Source: Dehalococcoidia bacterium
GTDB taxonomy: Bacteria; Chloroflexota; Dehalococcoidia; Lucifugimonadales; UBA3495
Direction of reading: 5' to 3'
Length of the DNA: 64,000 bases
Assembly (NCBI GenBank): GCA_965262485.1
Contig: OZ253540.1
Coordinates: 2,660,182-2,724,181, forward strand
The notes under the pieces are model-generated. The model had not been told where the DNA came from and ran no database searches. It saw nothing but the letters and a program-made list of their open reading frames with translations. Of the stretch, positions 39,290-50,665 are shown piece by piece (position 1 is the first letter of the stretch; the number at the start of each line of letters is the position of its first letter). A program made the position numbers and the translations under genes.

Positions 39290-39854
39290 CGTCTATTGCC
39301 CGTGTGTCCGGGCAGTGCTTGGGCCGACGAAGCATCCGGGCCACTGGGTTCGTTCCTGCTGTTTCCGGCGGATGGAGAGGATAATACCATTGAGGAAATG
39401 AAGGGCGACATTCGCGCGGTGAGGGGATCAATGTTGGTGCTGGAAACGACGACGGCAGACTTCCAGCGCGGCGGACCTGTTCCTTCCGAGGATTACCAAG
39501 TGAAGCGGTTCGGAGCTAACCCGACAATGCAACTGGTTCAGCTGCTAAAAGTAGTACGGGGCGAAAGTTCCGGGCTCGTGTGGGTTCAACGCAGTGCTAT
39601 TCGGTGCGGCTGACTCTGCTCAGTTGCGCGATACGTGGCGACTGGCATTATTTGGCGCGATTGCGCCGCTAGGCAAGATCGTGGAAAAGAAACTCCAGGA
39701 CAAGATAGATCCGGACATCACGCGGGACTGGACCGAACTACGGGCATCCGACCTGAGCCCCCGGGCGCGTGCGTTTCTATCCCTGGCAGGCGGTAGCGGT
39801 GGGGGGATCGATTACGCCTCTCGGCTGAAACACGTTTATCACTTGGATTTGTAA
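39290..39854 (+). pseudogene. Phage portal-like protein remnant
   Basis: Fragments VLETT..KRFGANP and LRDTWR..GAIAPLGKIVE..ASDLSPRARAF in different frames. Confidence 0.55.
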
Positions 39855-39859
39855 ATTAA

Positions 39860-39881
39860 TGGAGCCGATGAAGGGAATCGA
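39860..39881 (-). other. att site: duplicated tRNA 3' end (probably tRNA-Thr)
   Basis: Minus strand TCGATTCCCTTCATCGGCTCCA (T-loop half, acceptor stem, CCA); tandem TTTGTCCAGCA at 39981-40002; integrase adjacent. Confidence 0.75.
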
Positions 39882-40007
39882 GGGTATCGTTAAAATAGGG
39901 TATTGTACAGTCCTGTGAATTGAGGTTTTCTACTCAAACCTACCTGTGCGGTGTGGCATGGTATTGGGAGTTACTGGTAATTTGTCCAGCATTTGTCCAG
40001 CAATACA

Positions 40008-41496
40008 CTATGCGGCATCTCGCATCAGATCTGCGAACGCTGCGGCCGCACCCCGCTGCCAGCCAGGCAATGCGTGAGCATAGATTGACAGTGTAATCGC
40101 TGCGCTCGAGTGGCCCAAACGCTCGGCGACCACGGCAGGGTTTAGAGCCTGTCTACGATCTTTTTAGGATTAGCACCATGAAGGCGAGCACCACCATTTG
40201 CAGGCTGGTATTGAGCTTTCTTTCGCAGTTCTTCCAGAGGCGGCGGCACTTCTCCAGCCAGGCGAAAGACCGTTCCACTACCCACCGCTTCGGCAGCACC
40301 ACGAAGGTGTGCAGTTCGCTGCGTTTCACCACCTCCACCGACGCTCCCAGCCGGCTTTGCACCCCAGCGGCAAAGGGTTCCCCAGTGTAACCCCCGTCCA
40401 CCAGCACGTTCTGCACCTGACTGAGGCCGTCCCGGCGCCGGTCAAACATCGCCAAAGCCCCAGCCCGGTCGGTGACGTTGGCCGTGGTTATGTGGATCGC
40501 ATGGGGCAATCCTTGCGTGTCCACCGCGATGTGTCGCTTGATTCCGGACACCTTTTTGCCCGCGTCATAGCCCTTCTGCTCGGCGGTGTCCGTGTTCTTC
40601 ACGCTCTGGGAGTCCACGATACAGAAGCTGGTCTGCTTTTTCCGTCCATTGCTTTGTCGGGCCTCGCCAACCGATTTTTTTTAGGACTTGTTCCAGAATG
40701 GAATCCTGCTCCGGGCCGGGCCGCTCGCTCCATTGCCGGAAATACTGGTAGCAAGTGCGCCAGTTTGGGAAATCCGCGGGCAGCATTCGCCACTGGCAGC
40801 CGCTTTTCAAGAGGTACAGTACGCCGCAGAAAACGTCGTACAAGTCCACGGTGCGGGGCTTGGTCCGGCGGCGGGCCGACTCCAACGTCGGCAGAATCCG
40901 GGCGAATTGCTCCCGGCTGATGTCGCTGGGATAGGAATGAGACATGATTACCCCTCCCCTGGTGATAGTCTCAACTTAACCTATTTCAGAGATCGTAGAC
41001 AGGTTCTTAGGAAAAACGATTTGCGGTGGGTCAACGCCCAAAGTAGTCGCCAAGTCTAGTTGCCTAGCACGATGATCTCGGAGCACGCAGACGGTTTCGG
41101 CATCGAGTTCGATTTCGCGTTCACCGCTTTCGGTCTTTGGCGGTTCCATTTTGACACCGTGTGCGGTCACTACCAAGGATTGGACCACCGACAAGCAAGC
41201 ATCGTCCAAATCCACATTCCCCCACTCCAATCCCGAAATCTCGCCGCGTCGAACCCCGGTGTACGCGGCTACATGTACAGCTGGCCATAAGGGATGTTCG
41301 GATCGTTCCGCCTCGGCCAGGAGAGCGTGCACTTGTGAAACCTCAGGGACGAACGCTCTCTTTTTCGGGGATTTCGGAGGCGTAACCAACGTCACGGGAT
41401 TTCGCCCGATTAGTTCCATTTTCAAGGCATGGTCCATGGCTGCGGTCAGAACATTGTGAACCGCCTCTACTCCTTTAGGATCCATGCCGCCCTTTA
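40008..41496 (-). pseudogene. Tyrosine integrase interrupted by IS5 and truncated by IS630
   Basis: TGVRRGE..PKT at 41007-41496; VAERLGHSS..TLSIYAH at 40008-40144; HxxR segment and N-terminus missing. Confidence 0.88.
40145..41006 (-). mobile_element. IS5 family element, two-ORF transposase (40565..40945, 40153..~40680) with A8 slippery site
   Basis: TIR GAGCCTGTCTACGATCT/AGATCGTAGACAGGTTC; TTA flanks; YPSD, GCQWR.LP, DSQSVK, RWVVERSFAW. Confidence 0.92.
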
Positions 41497-42839
41497 CTAA
41501 ACCAAAGCCAAGGTGGGATGTGCATTTGCCGGGTGCTGGGAATCGGGGCGGGAGTCTCGCGGGAGTGTTTCGGCCCTTGATTGCAGGACCGTCCGGCAGC
41601 GCCGTCTCACCTCGTCTTTCCGGCTGGACAGCCCGGCCAGGAATTTGCCGACCCTCTCCTGCACCGCCCCCCTGCTCCCCAGGCACAGATTACCAGTGGC
41701 CTCCTCTCTCGCCCAGCCCCAGATAGCCTCAGCGGCGTTGCAGTCCGGGCGGTAGCCCGGCAGAGCCTGCCCCGTGCTTGACACGGGGTTCACCAGCCTC
41801 AGCTCCAGCTCAGGCGTCCTGAGGTACTCCCGCACCGCTTCCCCACGGTGGGCCGGCGCATTATCCCAGATGACCCGCAGCGGCCCTGGATGCTTTTCCT
41901 TCAGTTGCGTCAGGCAGTTGCGTCAGGCAGTTGCGTCAGGCAGTTGCGTCAGGCAGTTGCGTCAGGCAGTTGCGTCAGGAAGGCAACCGAGGTCCCGCTG
42001 TTGCTGTTGCCCTCCAGTTCCATCCATTCCACCTCGCCCGTCTCCAGGCACACCGCTGAATAGTAGCTGGCCTTCTCCCCATACCGCGGGCTATTGGAGT
42101 CCACCAACGCAGGCTTACCCTTCAGCACCCACTTGCCCCGCAATTCCGCGTCCGCCCGGAAGTGGGCCTCATCAGCAAAGAATATCCTGGCTCCAGTCCG
42201 TTGGGCCTCCTCCCACCGGGCGGCGTACTCCGCCACGAAGGCCTCCCGCTTGGACTCATTCGCCTTGAGCAGACGCTTCTGGGGGCGCTTGCAGGCAAAC
42301 CCCAGCCGGTGAAGCCAGTTCAGGCAACTGCTGCGGCTCAGGCTGATGCCAAACCGTTCTGAGACAAACTGCCGCACCACCCTCCAATACCAGTTGGCCA
42401 TTACGATGCCCGCCGCAGCGGGCGGTTGTTCCACCGCCCCTTTCAACTCCTCCTGCTGCGTCTGGTCAAGGGCGGGGGGAACCACCGGTCTGCTCGAATA
42501 TCAGGGCCGCCGGCCCTCCCTCACCGACGGCCGACGCCCAACGCCCGATAGTGTGGGGGTCCCGCTCCAGCGCCTCCGCCGTCGCCGCTGCCGTCAAGCC
42601 CTGCGCCAGCAGCAGGATGGCGTACCACCGCTCCCGCTCCCGGGGTGTGGGAGCCAGAATCATCCGCCGCCGCCAGTCCTTGACTCCCAGCTGCCATTGT
42701 TCCAGAGACCGGTCTATCTCCCTCACGCCCATCACCAACCCCGCGCAATTTCTGAGACCAGCTACCTCGGTTCCTTCACAAAGGTTCCTTCACAAATTTA
42801 CCCCATGCGTCTGCGCATTTCACCTTGGCTTTGGTTTAG
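41497..42839 (-). mobile_element. IS630 family element, transposase currently frame-disrupted
   Basis: TIR CTAAACCAAAGCCAAGGTG, TA flanks; HTH ORF 42466..42738, FADE, IWDNA, LPGY.PD.N..E. Confidence 0.9.
41902..41979 (+). repeat. 13-bp tandem repeat x6 (CAGTTGCGTCAGG) inside IS630 transposase
   Basis: Six exact copies counted. Confidence 0.95.
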
Positions 42840-43118
42840 TATGCGTAACGCCGTCGCGCCGCGGGTCAGCTGCGCAATACTTGTGTTATCAGGAGCACGC
42901 GCAGCTACAAGCTGCCAAAACCATGCGCTCCAGGAGATACTCTTGAACGAAGTCGAGAATCCCAACCGACCGGATCAGCAGGTGGTCATTGGCGACGGTA
43001 ATGTGATGGGAAGTGTACGGGTTACCCAAGTCAGCATCCGCATGAACGTACACTTTGGCTTAGCCCAAGCCGTAGGACTGGTACTGACCCTGGCACACCT
43101 CGTCAACAGCCTAGTGTT

Positions 43119-43865
43119 TTGAACGATACTCGCGGTTTCCGTGTCCACGAGATGCGTAACGTAACAACGGTTATGCGAACAAAAAGGGGGCTCAAATGGA
43201 CAGAGAAAATCGTCCTGAACCGGCACCGCTGGGGGGGAAAGAATCGGATACTCGGATGGGTCGTGGGGATCGTCCTCGGGGTGCTGGTGATCGCGGGCCT
43301 GATAAGTACAGGTTGTGCCCTCAGCATCGGGGAACCGGTGGAGGATGATTCCGGAACATCAAATTCACTATCCTCGGCGGCAACCATTTCAGCACCCACG
43401 CTAGCGCTGACCCCAACTCCATCGGAAGAGGATCTGTGCGTCCTAAACCCTGAGTGCCGTCTGGACGTCGAGAGCGAAGTAATACGACGGACTCTCGAAC
43501 TATCGTCATTTAATTTCAATATTGAACCCCGAACTACTTTCGATGGCTATCAGTTGTATTCAGCAAACTCGGACCCTCCCGCTGTGTTAGTAGAATGGTT
43601 GGAACATGAAGGGGTTGTATGGGTATGGGTAGCCGGCCCTGAACCGGCCACCGTTCTTGAGCTAGACGACCGTTTTACGGTCCCATGGTCGTCACTAATC
43701 CGACACATAACTTCGGATGTTGCGCCTGGCCCCTGGGACACCGACATCGCGTTTTGGATCATGAATACTTATTCCGATAGCCGGGTACTCAACGGTGTGC
43801 TGATCGAAGTCGACTATCTTGCGGAACTCAAGCTATCGACCATAACCTTCCGAAAAGCACCCTAG
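43119..43865 (+). CDS. Hypothetical membrane-anchored or lipoprotein
   Basis: Hydrophobic stretch ending LISTGC, S/T/P linker, globular C-terminus; start uncertain. Confidence 0.6.
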   Translation: MNDTRGFRVHEMRNVTTVMRTKRGLKWTEKIVLNRHRWGGKNRILGWVVGIVLGVLVIAGLISTGCALSIGEPVEDDSGTSNSLSSAATISAPTLALTPTPSEEDLCVLNPECRLDVESEVIRRTLELSSFNFNIEPRTTFDGYQLYSANSDPPAVLVEWLEHEGVVWVWVAGPEPATVLELDDRFTVPWSSLIRHITSDVAPGPWDTDIAFWIMNTYSDSRVLNGVLIEVDYLAELKLSTITFRKAP

Positions 43866-44046
43866 CTGGCTGTGGCATATGGCGGTGGGTTGAATGTTGG
43901 TTGATAGGACTGAGCCGCTTGCCGTTCACGTAACAGCCCTTGGGCGAACCAAAAATTGGTATTAACTTAGTATTCAGCTGACAGCCCCATGGTAGAACGA
44001 ATCAAATGGCCAGACCGGTTGGAGGCTCCGGACCACCGAACCTAAC

Positions 44047-45240
44047 CCCGAATCCACCGAACGAGGGTGATACGGCAACGGAACGGAGATGCTGGAGCGA
44101 GCGGGCGCGATTGTCTGGTCTGCATCGGAGCCGGACGGTAGATCGGGAGCGAGCCGCAGTCGCCACTTGGAGTGTTGAAGGCAGTCTGCAATCGCCGCAG
44201 GGGACGGAATCGCGGTATGGGACGCAGCAGAGGACACTCGCGGACTGGGCTGGCGCGAGTTTGCGGGGACGATGGGTTGCCCGGTGAGTGGATCAGGCGA
44301 CGGCGGCGCCGTCCATCCAGTAGGGTATGGGCGTCCAGTCCTGCTCGGGTATCGCCTCGATGAGATTGCGCAGGCTTTGGCGCTGGCGGACGGTGATGGA
44401 GAAGCGGACATCCATCTCTCGACAGACCTTGACCAGGGCATGGGCATAGAAGCCGCTGTCGGCCCGCACCGTGAGTTGTCCCCTGGCCCCGCCGTAGCGC
44501 ACCCGCCCCACCGTCTCACGCAGGAAGTGGGCGGCGCCGCGAGCGGTGTTGGCGCGGCCCTAGCGCAGCCGGGACATCAGCACGTCGCCAGGCCAGCGGC
44601 CACGGCCAGCAGCGGGTGATAGCCCCGCTGGCCGGTGTAGTTGTGGCGGCGGGCGCCTTCCTTGACCAGACCATAGGTCTCGCAGAGGGTGGAGTCCAGG
44701 TCGATGGTCAACGGATCATCGCCAGGACCCGCCCCAGTGGACCAGGCCCCAGCCAGCAACTGCCGGCTCACCCGGTCCAGCTGGCGCACGTGGCCCCACC
44801 GGAAGCTCCGCAGGAAGGTTCCCAGCGTGGATGGCGCCTTCACGGTACACCCCAGCACCCGATCGGTTCCCCCAGCGCGCAGCGCGTCGGCGTCGTCGAT
44901 GCAGTCGCCACCGGCCAGAGCCGACGCCACCAGGGTCAGCACCTTGTCCCCCGCGTTGGCACGACCCGGCGCACGGCCCAGGTCAATATGGCGGTCCACC
45001 AACTCACCCAGTCCCAGATGGCGGGCCAGGGTCACCGGCAAGAGCAGCCCGGCATTGGCCACCAGGCGATGATCGTCGAAGGCGACGTAGATGCGGTCGG
45101 GACGCTCAAGTGGTAGCATCTTTTGGGTGCTCCTTGTTTCTGGTTGGTTTTGTCTTTCCAAAACCATTGTCCCAGATGCACAGGAGCACTTTCTTACCCC
45201 TTCAGCACGCCCCTACACTCATGTCTTCGGTGGATTGAGG
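44047..45240 (-). mobile_element. IS1380 family element, transposase pseudogene
   Basis: Ends CCCGAATCCACCGAA/TTCGGTGGATTGAGG; TIDLDST, GYHPL, VRADSGFY; frameshifts and C-terminal deletion. Confidence 0.85.
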
Positions 45241-45318
45241 CTTAAGGAAGAGCACGGCGAACTCAAGCCGTGCTCTTCGGTAAACCTGTAGAAATTGTCC
45301 GGGAAGCCTGCGTTCGGG

Positions 45319-45846
45319 CTAGACGAACCAGCCCATGCCTTCCAAGTGGCCGCGCAGGAAGGCTATCTGGCCTCCGTGGACGATGTTGTCAAAGACCAGG
45401 ACACCCATGATGGTCTCTTTCGGCTCGGGGTCCGAACCGGGCCTCAGGCTCATGGTGGCGCTCAACTCCTCGTCGGTCACGGAGGACATATAGTCCCGGC
45501 AGCAGGCCTTCATGGCCTCGTAGTACCCTACCAGGACGTCTTTGGAGGGAAGCGGCCACGCGGCCACGCGCGCCGTGTCCCAGCCTTGGCCGGTCGTCTC
45601 CGGGTCGTCGCTCAGGCCGAATTTCTCGCACCAACCGTCCTCTATCCATATCTGAGGCTTGCCTTGGAACCTGGCATTCATGAAAACGTCCACCACCCGG
45701 CTCATGTGGAAGAGGAGCCAACCGATGGAATTGTCGCTGTCGGATATCTGGCGCGCCAGTGTCTCATCACTCAGCCCGTCTATGGCGCGGTCTACCATAC
45801 CCCAGTTACGTTCCAGCGCATTTGATATCCCGGCGGAAACAGCCAT
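45319..45846 (-). CDS. DinB family protein
   Basis: NSIGWLLFHM..D, HGGQIAFLRG. Confidence 0.88.
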   Translation of the reverse strand: MAVSAGISNALERNWGMVDRAIDGLSDETLARQISDSDNSIGWLLFHMSRVVDVFMNARFQGKPQIWIEDGWCEKFGLSDDPETTGQGWDTARVAAWPLPSKDVLVGYYEAMKACCRDYMSSVTDEELSATMSLRPGSDPEPKETIMGVLVFDNIVHGGQIAFLRGHLEGMGWFV

Positions 45847-46005
45847 GATTACTCTCCAAAAGTTTCGTTAGTTTGGGGTTGCGGGGCTAATTGTAACAGC
45901 CCCAAAACTGGAATGGTAAGGTAGCGCCGACGATCAAGAAGAGGCCTGCTACTGATCTGCGGCTGTAGTATTAAGGTCCTTTCGGTAGTCTTCAAGACCC
46001 TCGCA

Positions 46006-46926
46006 ATGCACATCCCACCTTGGTATTGGTTTAGGTGTGGCGGGGAACGGATCGTGGAGCGCAAGAACCATAAGCCCCAGCCGTGGCGCTGCCGTCCCTG
46101 CCGTTACGATTTCTCCGTCAAGACGGGCACCGTGATGCACAGTTCGAAACTTCCTTTGCGGGACTGGCTGGCGGCCCTGTGGATAGTGCTAAAGCAACCC
46201 AAAGGCCAATCGGCCCTGACGCTGGCCGACGACCTGGATTGCGAGCATAGCTCCGCCCTGCATCTGGCTCACCGCATCCGCGAGGCCATGGTGTCCGACA
46301 AGCCGCTGATGATGGGGCCCATCCAGGTTGATGAGGTCTATCTCGGCGGCCGGGAGCGGAACAAGCACGTTGACAAAAAGTTAAGGTCCGGACGCGGCAC
46401 GGTGGGCAAGCTTCCGGTGATCGGTTCCTACAATCAGGGCACCAGCCAAATCTGGCTCGAAGTGGTGTCCGGTGTGGACGGACCAACCATGCGTGCGTAT
46501 TTCAAAGACTTGGCACTGCCCGGCACAGTGGTCTACACCGACCAGGCCGCCGTGTACGCCGAGGTGCCGGGCATAGTCCACGAATCGGTGAATCATAGTG
46601 CTGGCCAATACTGGTGGAATGGAGTCACCACTAATGCTGTCGAGTCGGTATGGGCTATTCTGCGCCGCATCATGATGGGGACCCATCACCAGGTCAGCAA
46701 AAAGCACCTGCCGCGCTACATATGGGAGATGGTCTGGCGGCATAATCACAGGCACCTGCCCGTCATCGAGCGGATGGCAGCCGTGGTGCGGGGTATGATG
46801 GGCAGGCGGCGACTGACCCGTGCCCAGATGCGTAAGAGTGGTCGGGCCGGGTTGTCCAGCACATCTCCGACCGAACACGGCCCGCCGACCGCGATACAGC
46901 TCGAGTTGTTCCAGTTTCTGGAATGA
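46006..46926 (+). CDS. IS1595 family transposase (N-terminus possibly truncated)
   Basis: CRPCRYDFSVKTGT, QVDE, VYTD, SVNHS, TNAVESVW, HLPRY. Confidence 0.9.
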   Translation: MHIPPWYWFRCGGERIVERKNHKPQPWRCRPCRYDFSVKTGTVMHSSKLPLRDWLAALWIVLKQPKGQSALTLADDLDCEHSSALHLAHRIREAMVSDKPLMMGPIQVDEVYLGGRERNKHVDKKLRSGRGTVGKLPVIGSYNQGTSQIWLEVVSGVDGPTMRAYFKDLALPGTVVYTDQAAVYAEVPGIVHESVNHSAGQYWWNGVTTNAVESVWAILRRIMMGTHHQVSKKHLPRYIWEMVWRHNHRHLPVIERMAAVVRGMMGRRRLTRAQMRKSGRAGLSSTSPTEHGPPTAIQLELFQFLE

Positions 46927-47354
46927 TGCGTGACGCGCCTCACTGCCTTCACGAGCGTCCGCATGGGTAGCCTGGGGCCGATGCCGGCTTAAGGAGACTC
47001 AGCTATGTCCCGCCAACGGCTTTAATGGTGAACTGGCGAGGTGATTTCGGGCTGGGCAGCGGCCATTTGGTACAATAGGCGCCGTTTTGCAGCCTGATTA
47101 CGGATGTTTCAACTTTTTGGCCCTCTGCCAAATCGGGTTGGGTAAAATGGTGCCCCGTTGGCGATTACCGTTGCATTTGGCCTCCTTGTTCTGTGTAAAA
47201 TGGGCGTACATTCCCCTTTTTTAGGGCTTATAATCTGGCGCTCTCCCTGAAGGAGAGGGGCTATCGGCCCCGGCGCATCTTCTCCCCTCGCCCTCCGGGA
47301 GAGGAGTCGGGGGTGAGGGCGTAACCCCGGCCCCCGACGTGCCGTCGCGCAACC

Positions 47355-48509
47355 CTATCCGGCCAGGCTTTGCTGAAACACCTGATCCCACGCCAGCGCC
47401 CACGGCGGACGCAGATAGCCCAATGCCCGCACGTCGTCGTACCACACCGACAGCGGCGAGTAGCGAGTGTAAGCGCTGCCGCCCGTGAGCTTGCACAGCC
47501 GCCCCAGGCAGTCATCCGACAGCCGGGCCACGCTTTCCTTGGCCAGCAGCAGTTCGCGCCGGCCGGTGTTTGTCTCCAGGCAGCGAATCGCGCCCTCCCA
47601 GGCTTGGCCGATCAGCCAGGCCTCCTGTTCGGCGTGGGCCCACTCCACCTGCTGAAACGCCCGCAGCCCCGGCTCCGATGCCATCCCGTTCTTGATACGA
47701 GGGCGAACGTAGTCCATCGCGGCATCCACCACGCCCACAATCACCGACAGAAACGCCGCTGCGCCCAGGCCTCCGTTGGCGCCCATCAATTCGGCCTGAT
47801 GGTTGGGCCATGCCACCCGCGTCGCCGGGAATTTCGCAAACTCGAAGGCATGGCTGTTGGTCGATTTCATCCCGTGCCCCCGCCACTCGGCGGTGAGCTG
47901 CAGGCCGGTGGAACCGTCCCACGCATGGTTGCGCACCTCCATGAAGAACAGGTCGGGCGTTGGTTCTCCCGCCGCCAGCGCGCGGGTGGTCATAAAGGAC
48001 GTCAACCCCGACCCGCTCCCAAAGTGCTTCATGCCGGAAATCCGGTATCCGAATTCGCTGATCCCATCCGGTTCGCACACGCTGGATGTGCGGGCCGTGT
48101 CTCCCCCAGATCCGGGTTCGCTGACGATAGTGCCCCACCAGCATCCACTGTGCACACTGTCGAACACCTCGTTGCGCTGTTTTGTCCATCCCGACGCGTA
48201 TGGTTCGGGAACCGTGGGCAACCGCCACGAGGCCAACACCAGATGGTGCATCGCGCTGGCCAGCGTGATGGACGGATCGCCGGTCGCCAGCTTGCGCAGC
48301 AGCGAACAGATTGGCCGCGCCGACTGCTCGATGCTCTCCCACGTGCCCCCCAGGTCGGTGGGCACGGCCATCAGAGGCACCCCAATCTCGGCGAGGCGAG
48401 CGTAGTCGGCGGGATCGCCTTTGGTCCGCTGCTGACGGTCGGCCAGGTCGGCGGCCCATTCGGCCGCCACCACGGGGGCCTGCTCCAGAATGCTAGCGAT
48501 GGTAGTCAT
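47355..48509 (-). CDS. Acyl-CoA dehydrogenase-like flavoprotein
   Basis: SEPGSG, ISGMKHFGSG, GMKSTNSH, GGSAY. Confidence 0.85.
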   Translation of the reverse strand: MTTIASILEQAPVVAAEWAADLADRQQRTKGDPADYARLAEIGVPLMAVPTDLGGTWESIEQSARPICSLLRKLATGDPSITLASAMHHLVLASWRLPTVPEPYASGWTKQRNEVFDSVHSGCWWGTIVSEPGSGGDTARTSSVCEPDGISEFGYRISGMKHFGSGSGLTSFMTTRALAAGEPTPDLFFMEVRNHAWDGSTGLQLTAEWRGHGMKSTNSHAFEFAKFPATRVAWPNHQAELMGANGGLGAAAFLSVIVGVVDAAMDYVRPRIKNGMASEPGLRAFQQVEWAHAEQEAWLIGQAWEGAIRCLETNTGRRELLLAKESVARLSDDCLGRLCKLTGGSAYTRYSPLSVWYDDVRALGYLRPPWALAWDQVFQQSLAG

Positions 48510-48519
48510 ATCTCAACCT

Positions 48520-49236
48520 CTATGCTTCCTTGCCACTGTCGGGCAGATTGCCGTAGCGGGCGAATATCAGGCGGTGCACCTCAAACACGAAACCGGGCAA
48601 CACATCCTCACCCGATAGCGTCTCCGGGTCGTCCAGAATCTCAATATCATCCGGCCCAGCCCGGTAGATATAAGCGCGCCGCCGGTAAGGGTCGATGCAC
48701 CAACCCAGCTTTGCTCCACCGTCCATCCATTCCCGCATTTTGGCCAGGCCATCCTGCACGTCATCGGTGCGGGAGCGGACTTCGACGACAAAATCGGGCG
48801 CGCCCTCTATGACACTGCGATACTCGTCAGAAACCAGCTGCGAAAGTAGGGTGTCGTAGCGTTCTTGCGTGATCCACGACGCATCGGGCATATATCTGGC
48901 TCCGCTGGGCAACTGGAACATGACCGTCGGCGGAAAGGTTGCGCCGCCATTTTCCCGTCGCCAGACCCCGACGCCGGTGTTTACTTCCTGCTCATTTGCT
49001 CCGGTGTCCCAGCCTGATAGCGGCGCAACAATTAGCTCTCCTTTTGCCGATATTTCAAAGCCATAGGGTTCGTTGTCGCGGGACAACCGGCACAGCCGTT
49101 CCCCCAAATCCGGAGCGTCGAGGGTGATGCCCAGCGCGGACAGGTTCAGCCGCAGCCGACCAACCAGCGGCAAAGAGGGCAAAGCGCCGTCTGGCATCCT
49201 TTCGGCAACAGCGCAATCAGGTTTGAACGTTGTCAT
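48520..49236 (-). CDS. Uma2 family endonuclease
   Basis: PDASW, APDFVVEVRS, LGWCIDP, LSGEDVLPGF. Confidence 0.9.
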   Translation of the reverse strand: MTTFKPDCAVAERMPDGALPSLPLVGRLRLNLSALGITLDAPDLGERLCRLSRDNEPYGFEISAKGELIVAPLSGWDTGANEQEVNTGVGVWRRENGGATFPPTVMFQLPSGARYMPDASWITQERYDTLLSQLVSDEYRSVIEGAPDFVVEVRSRTDDVQDGLAKMREWMDGGAKLGWCIDPYRRRAYIYRAGPDDIEILDDPETLSGEDVLPGFVFEVHRLIFARYGNLPDSGKEA

Positions 49237-49269
49237 AATTGCCTCCCGTCCATTCAGCCCGGGCCCTTT

Positions 49270-50477
49270 CTACTCCACCGTAATGTCGTAGCCCACAATG
49301 GCGCTGAAGTTCTTGCGCATATTGTTGTAGCGCGGTTCGTGAGATTGCACATTGCCCACGCTGTCCGTGGCCCGGGACATTACCGTGTACTCGCCGGGGG
49401 CGGCGTCCCAAACCCACGACCACCGCCGCCACATGAACCGCTCCGACGGTTCCTCCAGCCGGGCCGGCTGCCATGATATGCCGCCGTCCACGCTGACCTC
49501 AACCTGAACGATGGCTCCGCCGCCGCTCCAGGCGTAACCGCGCGCCACGTGCGGTCCCGCCGCCAGGGTCTTGGTGTCGTCGTTGGGCCGTGTCACCAGC
49601 GACTTCACCCGATGGTGGTGATCAGCTCCTTGTTGGGGTCGTCGGCGGAATCGGCGAAGTAGTAGAAGTTGTAGTGATACCAGCAATCCGGCTCGTGATC
49701 CATCACCTCCAGCCGCCGCAGCCACTTCACCGACCAGTTGCCCGACCAGCCCGGAACCAGCAATCGGATGGGAGCGCCGTGCAGGTGTTCCAGCAACTGC
49801 CCGTTTTGAGCGTAAGCCAGTATCGTGTCCGGGTGCAGCGCCTTCTGCAGCGGCAACCCCTTGTCGTAAAAGAATGGTTCAGTCCCCTCGGCGGCAGAGG
49901 CTGGCACGCCGTCGTCCCAACCTTCAGCGCGGATGTGGGTGGCCCGTCCGGTGAGCCCCGCCGCATTCAGCACTGCGGCCAGCGGCACACCCGTCCACTC
50001 GCTGCCGGAAAGTATCATACGCTCCTGCGTTCGCGACGGGCGGGGTCCTTCACCCTTGAAGTATTCAAAATACGTTGCGTCGCTGCCCGAACACTCCATC
50101 ACGGTACGCACCGAACGGGAAGGGAAGCGCCGCAACTCGGCGTAATTCAGGCGCAGCGTATTTTTCACTTCCCCGTCCACCGACAACGACCAGTCTGCCG
50201 CGGTCACCGGTTCCGGAATCCCGAAGTGCTGCACCACGTAGTGCAGTTCGGTCGGCGTGATTAATCCTTCCAGCTCCATCACCGGCGTACGCACCCGCTC
50301 CGTCTTGCCGTCGGGTCGCAACAATGTGATGGGCTCGACTTTCTTATGAGGCCATCCGTACCAATTCTCTCCCTCTGTGCTGGCAGCGCCATCGGAACTG
50401 GCGCCATCCATCTGCAGGAAATCGGGCCGGGCGGCATCGTCTGCTTGCGTTTCCGACGGGTTTTGCGGAGTAGTCAT
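49270..50477 (-). CDS. Sulfite oxidase family molybdopterin enzyme, 1-nt frameshift near 49610
   Basis: MECSG, WTGVPL, HGAPIRLLVPGW.G..SVKWL; C-terminal domain (GYAWSG, VSVDGG, SRATD) in the next frame. Confidence 0.88.
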
Positions 50478-50665
50478 GGCGTCATCGCTCCCTGTGAGGT
50501 TTGAGCCCGACAATGGCCGGGCGAGTTACGCCAGTTTCCCACGCCGGCGCAAACTGGGCAAGCACCCAACCGCACAAGGATCATCCTGCGCCCGTCGAAT
50601 GGCCCCCTGTAACGGTGGGGAGCGCCGCGGTTGACATCCCCGGCGTTTCCGGGCATGTTGCCTCC

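Noticed and set aside
42841-43118. Continuation of the integrase beyond IS630
   Set aside because: No frame resembles an integrase N-terminus; left unassigned
45860-47020. Terminal repeats for the IS1595 transposase matching the 19.3 kb cassette
   Set aside because: I could not find convincing TIRs or a TSD, so this copy cannot be named as the mobiliser
47370-48812. Long antisense or alternate-frame ORFs (e.g. 47370..48812 +, 26897..28141 -, 56376..57647 -, 24800..25951 -)
   Set aside because: Shadow frames of well-supported genes in high-GC DNA, with no motifs
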